64,000 nucleotides of DNA from Elsinoe ampelina (taxonomy: Eukaryota), in the NCBI GenBank assembly GCA_010093995.1, contig ML992515.1:301533-365532 (forward strand), read 5' to 3'. The position numbers and the translations under genes were made by a program. Each line of letters begins with the position of its first letter. The stretch's first letter is position 1. Shown one piece after another: positions 51,001-63,510 of the stretch. The notes below the pieces were generated by a model. That model was not told the DNA's origin. It was given only the letters and a program-made list of their open reading frames with translations, and did no database searches.

Positions 51001-54000
51001 AAAGATAGCGCTAAGCTACTATATATAGAGCCTTTACGCCGCCTATTACTAGAAGAACTTAATATAGTAGAATAATTCATCTAAGAATATCTTAATAAAG
51101 GCTTTATTATACTAAGTTCCGCTAGCTATTCCTTACCTATTCTCTTTATTTATAAGCTAGATAGAGGACTCCGTCTCTATGTTAACTACTATAGCCTTAA
51201 TAAGGTAACTAAGCGAGATGTCTATTCTCTACCTCTTATCGAAGAAACGCTTATACGCGTAAGTAAGGCTAAATAGTTTAGTAAGATTAATATCTATTAA
51301 GTCTTTTACTGCCTCTATAACTCTATTAATAGTAAAGATCTTACTATATTCTCTATATACATAAGTAACTTTAAGTAGCTAGTAATACTATTTAGCCTTA
51401 CTAATGCCTCTATAGTCTAGTAAAAGTTTATAAATTATAACTTTGTTAATATACTAGAGCGCTTCGTATCGATCTACCTAGACGATATTCTTATTTATAT
51501 AAACGGCTCCTGCCGAGAGCATGCTAAGTATATTAAGCTAGTACTTTAGAGGCTCTACGAATTAGGCCTAAACGCTAATATTAAGAAGAGTAAGTTCTAC
51601 CTAACGAAGGTAAAGTATCTTAGTATTATTATTAGCTAAGATAGAGTTAAAATAGATCTAAAGAAGATAGAAGCTATATAAGCCTAGAAATAGCTAGCTT
51701 CTAGTAACACTACTTAGGTAAGAAGCTTTATTAGTTTCTATAGCTACTATCGCCGCTTTATTAAGGGATTTAGTACTATTGCTAAGCTACTAAATAATCT
51801 CCTTAAGAAGGACGCTACACTATAGAACGACAAGTACACTACTGTATTTAACTATATGAAGTATACTATTATAAGTGCGCCTATTCTTACGCATTTCGAT
51901 CGCTCGAAGTAGATAGTTCTTAAGACTAACACCTCCGACACTACTACTACTAGAATTCTATTATAATACAACGAGTCTAATGTCCTTTAGCCTATTACCT
52001 TTTTTAGTAAATCTATAAATAAAGCCGAACGTAACTACGCTATCTATAACAAGGAACTACTAGTAATCGTCTAAGCCTTCGAGGAATAGGCCTCTAAGCT
52101 TATAAGTACTTAATCTAATAAGGCTATCTACGTCCTTACCGACTACTAATCCTTAATACACTTTATAAAGACTTAGAAGCTATTACGCTACTAAGTATAC
52201 TAGGCCCTCTACCTCGCGTAGTTTAACTTTAAGATTATATATAGGCCTAGCGCTACTAATAGTAAGGCCGATACGCTTATAAGAAGGAATAGAGATATAC
52301 TATATTCGAGAGAAGACTCTAATCTACACTAGACGCTACTACTATATAAGGTGCTAGATTAGTATATTATTAACAAACTAAATCCAGGTCGCATCCGAAC
52401 TAGATTACTAATCTAAGCCGAACTAAGATCTAGTTTAGTATCTAGTTCGCGGACTAGTTCGCTATCTAGTTTACTACCGATTTTGCCTCCTATTTTGCTA
52501 CCTGTATCGGCGCCTATTTCGGCTGCCGAACTAGGTATCTACGTAGCACCTATCTTAGCTATAGAAGAACCTTTACCCCTTTTTAAAGAAGTAGCTAAAG
52601 CTAACTTATAAGACGCTAAGTGTAAAATAGTTAGAGGTATTTACTGTATAATAGAGGCCTTCCTAAAGAGGAAATAGCTACTATTAAGCGATGTTACTAT
52701 TAATAAAGGGATGTTATAGGTTACTAGCTAACTATTCGTGCCGTAGTTAATAGCTACAAAGGTTATCTAAGAAGTCTATACATCGAAGGACTATATATAT
52801 AGAGAAGCTACTAAAACGGCTACTATAATTAAGACTACCTTTTATATCCCGAGCTATAACAACTTTATTAAGAGGTTCGTAGCTAACTATTACAACTATA
52901 AGCGCTTAAAGGCTCGCTACGGCTTACTAGCCGGCCTTCTATCGCTATTGCCTATTCCGGTAAGGCCTTAGCAATATATTACTATAGACTTCGTTACTAG
53001 CCTACCTCTAGTAGATAGCTATAACGTAGTGCTATATGTTATCGATTACTTGTCTAAGGAGCAACACTTAATCCCTTACTTCTAGGGAGAAGAAGGAACC
53101 TCTATATTCGAGATAGCTAAGCTATTATTCTTCTACGTGTAGAAACTACATAGCCTACTAGATAGTATTACCTCTAACCGCGGCCCTTAGTTTATTAGCA
53201 ACGTGTAGAAGAGGCTCTACTAGATCCTAAAGATTATAGCTAAGCTATCTACCGCCGGCTACTCTTAAATAGATAGCTAATTAGAAGTTATAAACTAAGA
53301 GTTTAAACGAGTTATCTAATCCTATATAACATAGTTTAGTAATTAGACCCTTATTCTACTAGTTATAGAGTTCTCCGTAAATGCTAACCCCTTAGAAAGC
53401 ACTAAGCTATTGCTATTTAAGGTAACTAGAGGATATAAGCTAAGAATAAGCTTCTAGCCCTCTACCGACTTACTATTAATAAGAGCTAAGCTTAATAAGG
53501 CTAAAATTCGCGCGCTTACTAAACAACTAGAAGAAGCCCTTACTATTACTAAAGCTAACCTTACTATTGCTTAGTTACGAATAGTAGAGTAAGCTAACAA
53601 ACACTACTAGCTAATAGAGTTCGAAGCTAGCGATTTAGTATAGTTATTAACGAAAAACCTTTAGCTATAGGGCAATCTAAAGCTACTACTAAAGTATATT
53701 AGTCCTTATAAGATCCTTAAAAAACAGTTGCTATTAGTGTATAAGCTCGATCTACTAGCTACTCTATAAAGGATTTACTTTGTATTTTATACTAACCTCC
53801 TTACTAAGTACCTAAATAACTCTCTACTAGGCTAAGCCTTTAAGGAACTACCTCTAGTAGAGATTAACAGTAAGGAAGAGTATAAGGTAGACGACGTAAT
53901 TAACATATGTATACTATAAGAGAAGCTAGTTACTTATATAAGCTAGAAGAGCTATCTAGAGAATCTTACCTAGTAGCTAATTAATAACCTTAAAGGAGTA

Positions 54001-54313
54001 GCTAATATACTACGCAACTATCTAGACTCTTACACGGATAAGCTAAGGCCGAAATAGATTAATTAATAATATATAATAGCGTTTAAGGGTAAACGCACTT
54101 AAGAGAGAGAGTAGTAATACAAGATAGATACGAACTAGATTTAGTTAGGATCTAGTTTAGATTAGTTACGTAATCTTAGTATCGTAGCCTAGACTTCTAG
54201 CTACTTCGCTCTTAATATTACGTGTGCTTTATATACTAGCTTTTCTTCTTCTTCTTCTAAGTCTTAATATCTTAATAAATAGACACAATTAACCTCTTAT
54301 CTTACTAGTTATA
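48001..54313 (+). mobile_element. Ty3/Gypsy chromovirus family B (5' LTR presumably in gap; 3' LTR from 54115 to about 54313, end approximate)
   Basis: gag ATG ~48078, knuckle C(Y)TCGKPGHISTKC ~49205, protease DIILGLS(W)LKA ~49848, RT IYLDDILI ~51472, RNase H ~51923, integrase (M)DFVT(G)LP ~52984, chromodomain EEY(E)VDDVI ~53875, PPT aagagagagagtag before 54115. Confidence 0.85.
49881..50387. mobile_element. 507-bp non-autonomous fold-back element (MITE) inserted in the Gypsy-B protease region
   Basis: TIR CGTCACGAAAACACTTTTCGTGGGGA vs TCCCTACGAAAAGTATTTTTGTAACG, CA on both flanks. Removal restores the pol frame (LKA-N-(G)ATID). Internal inverted repeat ~50051-50100 / ~50167-50216. Confidence 0.85.
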
Positions 54314-54330
54314 ATTAAGAAGATAAAGGT

Positions 54331-55045
54331 AATCTCTAGCTAGAGAAGATTAAGAGTAAATATTGTTAATTTGCTAGTTATATAGGAGTACTAGATAGAT
54401 CTTATATCTACGCTTATATACTTAGTAAGTTATAAGCTTAGAGAAATTAAAAAGGCTAGCTATCTTAGAACGTGCTAGCGGTGTATAATTTTAATAGCAA
54501 TTTTACCTATATATTAGCTAGATAGAAGAGCTCTATTTACAATAGTTAAGTACTTACCTTTACACGAGAAGTTAATAGTTTTAGAGCGCTAGAAGGCTAT
54601 TACTTTCTTAGTAATACTAGATATTTAAACATGCTAAATCTTCTTATACCTTATCGAGGTATAAGGTACTACCTCTAAGACTAATATAAAGTAGTAAATA
54701 AGCTAGAGAACTCTAAGGAGCTATTTAATCTAAGGTACTTAGCCTTATATAATATTATTAAAAGAATCTTTAGAGTTTTTAAGAGGTAGTAGTAGATATT
54801 TAATACTATAAGAGAATTTAGTATAGATACTTAGGTTAAGCTAGTATATATACTTACTAGCCTTTATAATTAGATTAATCTTTATAGTAGCCTCGAGGAG
54901 CTTAATCTCTCTAAGAAGGCTTTAAGAATAATAGTAGTTACTATAGAAGATAGTAATAATACTATTAAGGGAGATAATAATCTAGCAATAATAAAGAAGC
55001 GTAATATAATAGCTACGTAGATATAGTATAATTATTAAGAAGAGG
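54331..55045 (+). pseudogene. Harbinger DDE transposase, C-terminal part (RIP-degenerate)
   Basis: De-RIP reading F.(G)(C)IG(A)LD(G)S(H)I ... (W)RN(R)KG(W)LS(Q)NVLAV(C)(D)F ... F.YILA(G)(W)(E)(G)S..(D) ... PYRGIRY(H)L ... ELFNLR(H)S.LRNII(E)RIFGVFKR. Confidence 0.88.
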
Positions 55046-55059
55046 TAAAGAGAAAGAAA

Positions 55060-56250
55060 GGTTAATATTAAATATATATTAGCCTAATATAGTAATTAGA
55101 GCTAGTATAGGCTTAAAGATATTAGAGAAGAGTAAAAAATACTACCGATAGTATAGAATAAGTATAGAGATATTTTTCTTCCTTAAAGAGTATCCCTTTA
55201 TATATTTCTCTATTAATCTCTATTTCTAGCTTTAGTTAGTAGTACTACAAATTTTAATCTCCTTCTTAACCTTAACCTTAACTTCTTCTACCTTAATTTT
55301 ACCTCTATCTAGCTAGTCTAGTAGCTTCTTATCGATTAGTAGTTCTTCTTTCTAAANNNNNNNNNNNNNNNNNNNNNNNNNNNNNNNNNNNNNNNNNNNN
55401 NNNNNNNNNNNNNNNNNNNNNNNNNNNNNNNNNNNNNNNNNNNNNNNNNNNNNNNNNNNNNNNNNNNNNNNNNNNNNNNNNNNNNNNNNNNNNNNNNNNN
55501 NNNNNNNNNNNNNNNNNNNNNNNNNNNNNNNNNNNNNNNNNNNNNNNNNNNNNNNNNNNNNNNNNNNNNNNNNNNNNNNNNNNNNNNNNNNNNNNNNNNN
55601 NNNNNNNNNNNNNNNNNNNNNNNNNNNNNNNNNNNNNNNNNNNNNNNNNNNNNNNNNNNNNNNNNNNNNNNNNNNNNNNNNNNNNNNNNNNNNNNNNNNN
55701 NNNNNNNNNNNNNNNNNNNNNNNNNNNNNNNNNNNNNNNNNNNNNNNNNNNNNNNNNNNNNNNNNNNNNNNNNNNNNNNNNNNNNNNNNNNNNNNNTAGC
55801 CTATACCTAAATATCTTTACCTCCTTATAAGCTTTAAAATAGTTATCTATAACTTTAGAGTTAGCTATTATAAGGCTAGCTTTAGTCTTCTCCTATCTAG
55901 AGTTATTCTTTAGTATTTACTAGTACCTTAAGGTATTCTTATAAGTGTCAATTTTAAGCTTTAATTTACTTTTATTAAGCCTCTTAGCTTAAGTACTAGT
56001 AACCTTCTTTACTACCTTAGTTACTCTAGTCTAAGCCTCTAGCCGAAAGACTCCTCTAGTATAGCTACTAGTGTTAAAAGAGTTAAGGAGGGAGTATAGA
56101 GCAACCTCTACTATTTCTTTAGTCTAATTAATATTAGTAGGCTACTTCCCCTTTACTAGTAATTAAGATAGAGAAGGTATCTAAAGCACCTCCGATTAAG
56201 TTAGTATAGCAGTAGTAATCTCTGCTACTTTATTAAGGGTGTTAGAGGCT
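55060..56250 (-). pseudogene. Harbinger second ORF, Myb/SANT-like DNA-binding protein (RIP-degenerate, spans gap; limits approximate)
   Basis: Minus-strand de-RIP reading near 56050-55840: SFR(P)EA(W)TRV...RL(D)KSKLK(S)KIDTYK...(W).ILK(D)NS(G)(W)E, then an acidic tract. Convergent with the transposase, as in two-ORF PIF/Harbinger elements. Confidence 0.6.
55357..55796. other. Assembly gap (N run)
   Basis: Run of N. Confidence 1.
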
Positions 56251-57355
56251 ATAATAGTAAGTAATTAGATATAGAGTTTATATATATTAACAATCTTTAA
56301 GCAAAATTATAACTCCTCTATATATAGCTACCTTCTAAAAGAGGCAGTCTCTTTTTAATCTACCAAATACGCTATTAAAGAGCCTCTTTTACAATAGCAA
56401 CCTCTTAAATCAACGCTAAAAAAGCCAAATCGGCCTCTTTTCAAAAGAGCAACCTCCTCTAACCGAACGCGCCCTTGGTCCCGGAAGATCTCGATGTGGC
56501 TTCTCCAGCTAAAATTGCCGACACTGGAGAAGACTCGATTTCCGCTCCACCTTCATCACTATCTTCCACAATCTATCAATTGTGTTTCCGCCAGCAGAGC
56601 TGTTGACCGATGGTGTCTCAGTATGTAAGCTGCATGACATAGACTTCCGAAGACCGTTCCAATCCGGAAGGTGTATACCAGCTTTCCACAACGCCGGTTT
56701 CATTGACTACCGTAACAGCCGCCAGGCACTCTCCGCGAATCAACACGTATCCAGTCAGGTGGCCACTTGGGCATCTGGTCTGTTCAGACATCTTCACAAT
56801 CAACGTGGTGCGTAGCATGATGAGTGACGAGTGTCTGCTTGCTAGCGTTGAGACCCGGTGCTCGAGGATTGTGGTGACACAACCGACCCATGGGACCATC
56901 TATACCTTCGGTACTGGAGCAAGAACTGCCGATAAGATGGGTCCATCTCCACAGGTTCGAGCCGTGCTGAACGTACGGGGCCTCTCCGATCTGTCTCAAC
57001 CAAGCCGAGCTAAATCCTTCAATACCAATGATGGCCGTTGCCTTTCTACGCTATACGTTTAGGAGACTGTTGCCAGATACGCTGGCTGTCTGGCCCCATG
57101 AACTTAGGCTTTCCATTTTACCACCAAATACCAAACTTAGAGTCCTATTCAGTGTCCTGCATACCTGGAAGCGAAAAGCATGTTCGCCACTTACCACTAT
57201 CTGGGTGAGACGAATGTGATTGTTGACGTCCTTTGGTCAAACGGTTCGACCACAAACCGTTCGTCTTGGTGAGTCTGTGGAGATGATTTATTCCCTTTTA
57301 TATCTACTTTCTTCTGGCCGCTTCTTGATCCATATCCATCCCCTCATCATTCACA

Positions 57356-58503
57356 ATGTCTAGCGCACAACCACAGATCGGCGACCGCGGGGTCATGTTC
57401 CTTACCGTCTCCTATGTATTGACATTCCTCGGTGTCGTACTGGTCGGCCTTCGTGCATATGCAGCTTCTCGGACCAAGAATGGCGGCTGGCGATGGGACT
57501 TTATCTGGGCTGCGCTTTCAGTGGCCTTCCTTCTACCGGCCGGTGCGTGTTCCATCATTGCGGTTATGTCCGGTATGGGCCAACATGTTCGCAACCTCAC
57601 GTTCCCAATGGTCTTCAAAGCCGCTCACTACAACTACATCGCCCTTTTTGTTGGACAGTCGGCTCTCAACTTTGTCAAATTCAGCGTCATCGCTCTGCTG
57701 CTCAGCGTACAGGGTCCTGATGCGAAGAAGCGCAAATACTTCCTCTGGGTACTTGGTGGACTCTCTTTCCTAGGCTCTATCATCCAGATCATCCTCACCT
57801 TCACATCTTGTCATCCAATGGAAAGATTGTGGAAACCAATTATCCCAGGCAGTTGTCCTGGTAGAGATCTCTCCTACAATTGGAATAGATTTCAGGGTGG
57901 TGCGTATCGTGTACCAATCGATGTGATTCAATGCTAACAATGCATTCAGTCCAACACGGTGTGACTGATATCATCCTCGCCGTATGGCCAATCTCTATCG
58001 TCTGGAATCTGAAAACCTCCGTAAACGTCAAGGTCGGCTTCTGTGTCCTCATGGCCGTCGGTATCATTCCCGGTATTGCGTCTTTTGTTCGTGTCACCCA
58101 GCTCGAGAATCTCCGTAGCACAACGGACGCCACATACGATATGCCACTTTTCACCGTCTGGACTGTGGTCGAGGCCTGGCTCGCAGTCATCCTTTCCTCA
58201 ATTCCTCCACTCCGCCCACTCTTCCTCCGTCTCATCTACGGCATCACAGGTTCTACCGGTGCTGGCAGCAGCAAGACCAGACCCAGCGGTGGTGTCAGTC
58301 GCATGACTGGTAACAACACTCGTGTTCTACGCACAATGGAGGAAGGCAGAGGGCCTGCTACGCTCACAGACAAGGACGATGTCATTGTTGCCACGACGGC
58401 TGTATCAGTCAACGGCCACTCGCCAAAGCAGAGCAGCATTGAGGAACCTAATGGCGGCATCATGGTCAGCCATGCATATACTATCGAGGAGGAGAAGGAA
58501 TGA
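57356..58503 (+). CDS. PTH11-like (fungal rhodopsin-domain) integral membrane protein without CFEM domain; exons 57356-57899, 57950-58503
   Basis: About 7 TM: VVLVGLRAY, WRWDF, GMGQHV, FVKFSVIALLL, CHPMERLWKPIIPGSC, TDIILAVWPISIVWNL, WTVVEAWLAVILSSIPPLRPLF, then a low-complexity tail. Confidence 0.88.
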
Positions 58504-59563
58504 TGATCAGCGCTGCATAAGTCTCCGCCAGCTATTAGGCTGAGGGATATAGTTTTCTTAAGTACTTTAATTGCTTCTTTCACTTCTTCTAGGGTGGCTG
58601 TTTGGGTGATCCATCTAAGACGGCTTCTTCGCATTCACATTCGGTGCATAAAGTCCTCCAACTCTGTGCCAACTTGTCGCATGCCTATCCACACAGAAAG
58701 GTCTCAAACCTACCTGTCGAAGTCAAACAACCCAGCACTACCCACCACCCCCAGTTACCTCCACCCGTTCGCCTACAACGACCACAACGGCCCCCCCACG
58801 AACAAGGTTCTGTAACCCATCGCACCTCGAACGGCTCGTTTACCAATATCGCTGTTGGCATACAGCCCTCTTCTAAAAAACATGGCGAGACTGCAATCGT
58901 CGATACCGTTGTGGGGCCCGGAAGGAAAGATTCCTTGCCCTGAGAGACATGGGCTGGTTTCACAGGAAACGGCTTATGTCATGAACGCTGAACGGGTGCT
59001 TGATCCACCCTGGGCAGTGGAGGTGCGGATGGTATGGTTGAGGCTACCCCAAGAACATCGGGAACACGTCGGTGTATACAAGACGTTATGGTTCGTGGGT
59101 TGGAGACACGGCTCGGTATTCAAATACGGCAGTGCTAGAGAAGGGCGATACAGGACTCCTACAGCTGTGTCTACAGTCTCGCTAGATACATGAGGAAAGA
59201 TGAATCGTGGTCAGAAAAAGAGATAAGAGAGGGCCGGGGTCGACAAGGGAGCGCGTTACTGACTGTGAAAGAGGTAGAAACCTACTCGTTAAGGAAAGGC
59301 ATGGCATGCTTGAGAGTCCTGGTCTTGTACTGAGACAGCATAGTGGCAGTATCACACGTTTCTATCGTAAACAATTGGATAGGACCAGATGATATGCGGC
59401 CCCGAATGATGTTGTTGTGGTTGAGAAGTCGTGACGCCCTGACGGACAAAAATGCCAAGCCGGATCGGAAAAACTTTTCCACACTCGGTCTTGAATTTGC
59501 TGCGACGCTATACATCGACATCATCTGCATCTCAAGAAAACCCCATCGCACGACAACTTCACG

Positions 59564-60447
59564 ATGGGTAGGGTCATTCGCAATCAGAGGTACATCGAGA
59601 CACCTTGCTACATACTTGTAGCATCCAGCGACCACCGGATACTAACAATTCACGCAGGAAGGGCCGCGGCTCCATCTTCCTTGCCCACACTCGTCTCAAC
59701 AAGGCACCTGCTCAGTTCAGAGTGCTCGACTACTCAGAACGCCATGGATACCTCCGAGGGACCGTAAAGGAAATCATCCACGACCCAGGCCGTGGTGCGC
59801 CTCTCGCCAAAGTTCAGTTCCGCGACCCATACCGATACAGACTTTTGACCGAGACTTTCATCGCCAACGAGGGCATGTACACTGGTCAATTCATCTACGC
59901 CGGAAAGAACGCCTCGCTTACTGTCGGCAATGTCCTTCCCCTCGGCTCGTGCCCAGAAGGTACCGTCGTGACCAACGTGGAGGAGAAGATTGGTGACCGT
60001 GGTGCGCTTGGAAGGACCTCTGGCAACTACGTGACTGTTATCGGCCACAACCCGGATGAGGGCAAGACCCGTGTCAAGCTCCCCAGTGGTGCGAAGAAGG
60101 TTGTCAAGAGCAGCGTTCGTGGTATGATTGGTATTGTTGCAGGTGGTGGCAGGACCGACAAGCCTCTTCTCAGTACGTTGGATCAAGTCAGATGATGGCA
60201 ACGGACACTAACAAATATAACAGAGGCTTCCCGCGCCAAGCACAAGTTCGCCGTCAAGCGCAACTCATGGCCCAAGACTCGTGGTGTTGCCATGAACCCC
60301 GTCGACCATCCTCACGGTGGTGGTAACCATCAACATATCGGTAAAGCCTCGACCATCTCAAGATACGCCGCCCAAGGTCAAAAGGCCGGTCTCATCGCAG
60401 CCAGGCGCACAGGTCTGCTGCGTGGTACCCAGAAGACGAAGGATTAG
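59564..60447 (+). CDS. RPL2: 60S ribosomal protein L2 (uL2); exons 59564-59589, 59658-60172, 60224-60447
   Basis: [66 protein letters not shown]. Confidence 0.98.
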
Positions 60448-61204
60448 AGGAATGGTATGTGATGATCGGGTTCTGGTTGCGGAGTGTGGTGCAGCGATTC
60501 ACTGGAAGCACCAAAGGAATGGTGACTTCTTCCTCTTCCAATCTAGCATGGGCAGGCATGTCAAAATGGACCTTCAAGAACAAGACATTGTGGCATGTGG
60601 TGTGATGTGGTTTTACGTATCATTAGCATGGCCAGATATGCCAGAGATCGGGACGTCGATTCTCACGTGTCTGGAGTCTCCCAATGAACATGTGCAGTGA
60701 TCAAACATGACACAGCCTCCTCGATGCCACCGGGACTGACGTTTGAGCTTTGTCAATGGCGTGAATCTATATTGTGGGATCTCAACGGGGACGGGAGTGA
60801 GTGACTTCCGCATCTGGCCTTTCGAAAAGCAGGAGAAACATGCCATCATTGATGACCAAAAATATTCCATTGACTCCTTGCACCCTTCTTTCCCAACCAA
60901 TTGACCAGAAATTCCTCCGCCACTACAAACACAGCCAGGCCCACTAGCCAGGGCAGAAGCGCCCCCTCTGCAATCGCGCCACACCAATCGAGGTCCGAGG
61001 GCGGCGAGCGGCGAAGGACGACCCTGTTCCCTGAAACGAAACCTTGCAATCACCCCACAATTCGACGTTTCAACAGCACTACCCTATACCAACTCGCTGA
61101 GAGAATAATTTCCTCCTTTCTCTTTCAGCAGCTCTGATTTCTCCCTCATAAGCTGGGGGAAAGTTCCACGGTCGTTTCATCATTCCATTGTCACTGTCGT
61201 CATC

Positions 61205-62653
61205 ATGAATGTCAACAAGAAGCTGGCCCGTATGAGGCATTGGGCGGGGGAGAAGATGGGAGGGGAGGTTAAGACGAACACGTCTGATGAGTTCAAGGCG
61301 CTGGAGATGGAGATGAATCTCAGGCAGGAAGGTCAGTCATCTTGTCTGGGAGTTCCTGGACTCCGCTGATACTGTTCTCAGGCATGGAGAAGCTCCACAA
61401 GTCTATGAATGTTTACGTCAAGTCACTATCGAAGCGTAACGAGGGGGATGATAAAGAAAAAGCTACACCAATCGCGCAGCTGGGCGCTGTGGCTATCGGA
61501 CACGCCGACGACTTTGAGCCGGACTCGGAATACGGGCAGTGTTTGTCAAGTAAGAAGAGCACGTGCAGGCATAAGAACACGACTGACACGTCCAGGCTTC
61601 GGTCGAGCGAACGAGCGTATTGCAAGGATTCAAGACAGCTATGTCAGGTCCGCTACAGATACTTGGCTTGACAGTCTTGAGCGATCCCTGGCGCAGATGA
61701 AGGAGTACCAGGTAGGTGTAGCATGCACACACTGGAGGGCGCTGCTAACATCTGTACAGACGGCAAAGAAGAAGCTCGAAAGCCGTCGGCTCGGATTCGA
61801 CACGTCACAAGCAAAGCTGTCGAAAGCGAAGAAGGAGGACTTCAGACTTGAAGAGGAGTTACGGTCGCAGAAGGCAAAGTATGAAGAGTCGAGCGAGGAT
61901 GTATACCGAAGGATGCTGGATATCAAGGAGGCAGAGGTCGACAGCATCGCAGACTTGACTTCATTCATTGATGCGGAGCTCACCTACTACGACAAGGCGA
62001 GGGAGATCCTGCTGCAATTGAAGCAAGACTGGCCCGCGTAAGTTGCTCACCATGCTTATTGGACACAGCTAATAGGAGACAGTGTTCCAGAACAGCCCGG
62101 CTCAGCACAGCGACGAGCACCGAGATCAAGAGCCAGCACCGTCTCAGCATATCGCAATCCTGACGATGATGTGGCATTGAATATCCCAATCAGATCTCGA
62201 GTCGTGTCGGCACAATCATCCATCCAAGGCTCACCAATCCGCGAAAGACCTGGCTACGACTTCCCCGTCAAGCCACCCCTCAGCAGAGGCACCACGTTCG
62301 AAGGTCCTCGGTCATTACAGCAGCGCGACGGATCACCAGCATCGCTTCCTCGACTCTCACGCGTCCCAACAGAGAATAGTGTTCTCTCAAGCCGCAACAA
62401 CCTACGACCTATTCGGACTCGTGACTCGGCCAATGGTGATGTTTTCTCGGACGTAAACGATGACGATTACTACGACTCCCGATCTGCTTCTCCCGCGCCT
62501 AGCTTCAACTCACAAACGTTGAGAAATGGAAGTGAAGGCGGTGCGAGGAAGATGGCTCCGCCCCCACCGCCACCAAGCAGGAGCAAGAAGCCGCCTCCAC
62601 CGCCGCCTCTCAAGCGGAGCGCTCTTAGTACGAGCGAGGTACCGTTTGCATAA
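61205..62653 (+). CDS. BAR-domain protein with proline-rich C-terminus; exons 61205-61331, 61382-61549, 61596-61711, 61760-62037, 62083-62653
   Basis: MNVNKKLARMRHWAGEKMG, SEYGQCL, KKLESRRL, EEELRSQKAKYEESSEDVYRRM, FIDAELTYY; tail APPPPPPSRSKKPPPPPP. Confidence 0.88.
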
Positions 62654-63510
62654 GGATGGTGTCTCGGATTGTCGCGGTGGAGGAGGGATTTGGCATCGAG
62701 TCACGTATGATCAGCAGTTGAGCTGCACCAGGCGTTTGGGAGGCAAAACATTTGGGTGGATTGAGCGTTTTGCATTTTCAGATCACTCTCTAATACCCAT
62801 GTAACTGTTCTGAGAATCATTGGCGCATCAATTATAATAATTTGTGCCGCATACAGGGACATTCGTGTGGTCGAATCGATGTAGTGAGCCTCGAAGCCAG
62901 CGGTCCCATTACGCACAACCAGACCTTTTCCTCCAGAATGACACCACCAAAAAGCTGTCAGAATCGTTGCGAATGCTCTTCAATATTTTCTTCACGTCAA
63001 TAAGTATCTGTGATGACCCTTTCAAGTGTCCAACAATGACGATAGGCGCCCATCATGGTCGCCGCGAATGAGGTTGCCGCTTCACGCAGCCGCCCCTACT
63101 CACTCAGCTGAGGATGTCGCATAAAGGCAAGAACTGCGACGATGGCATCTTTCAAACACCTAAGCTGGCACTGGATGATATCAGTCACCATCTGATCAAA
63201 TTGCAATGAGACCACTGGCGGTGTCACGCACTATCGCCATCCTCCGATCCCAACCGGCGGGCAGGGTGGAGTCTTCAGGTATGCCACTACCAGTGCGGGT
63301 GCAGCGACAAGCTTTCAGGAACCACGCCGATCTCCTGCCTGTTCCTGAATATAAAGGCAGGCTCCGCGTCTTTGGGCGGCCCTGCTGTCGGCCCAGGGCT
63401 ACCGAAGCCACGATGTGGTTAAACATATCGTGGCCGATCAGGCTGGAGAACAACCCGTAGGTATAGTATGACGCGGATAGACCGGTGAGTTGATTCCTTC
63501 TCACACAGTT

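Larger units (their letters stand above)
22192..56474 (+). mobile_element. PIF/Harbinger DNA transposon (RIP-inactivated), outermost element of the nested block
   Basis: TIR GGGCGCGTTCGGT at 22192 and its reverse complement ACCGAACGCGCCC ending 56474, each flanked by TTG (22189-22191, 56475-56477). Inverted subterminal motifs (GGTAGATTAAAAAAGAG / CTCTTTTTAATCTACC). Transposase and Myb/SANT-like relics inside. Confidence 0.88.

Noticed and set aside
55266..55282. cttaac repeats resembling a telomere motif
   Set aside because: Only three units, inside the RIPed Harbinger ORF2; coding repeat altered by RIP.
22192..56474. Giant cargo-carrying transposon (Starship-like) interpretation
   Set aside because: No tyrosine-recombinase gene and no host cargo; the visible interior is accounted for by nested TEs.
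56509..57219. Short ORFs right of the island, and similar ones at 58600-59400 and 62700-63500
   Set aside because: Short, overlapping, with no motifs or evident coding bias; treated as intergenic.
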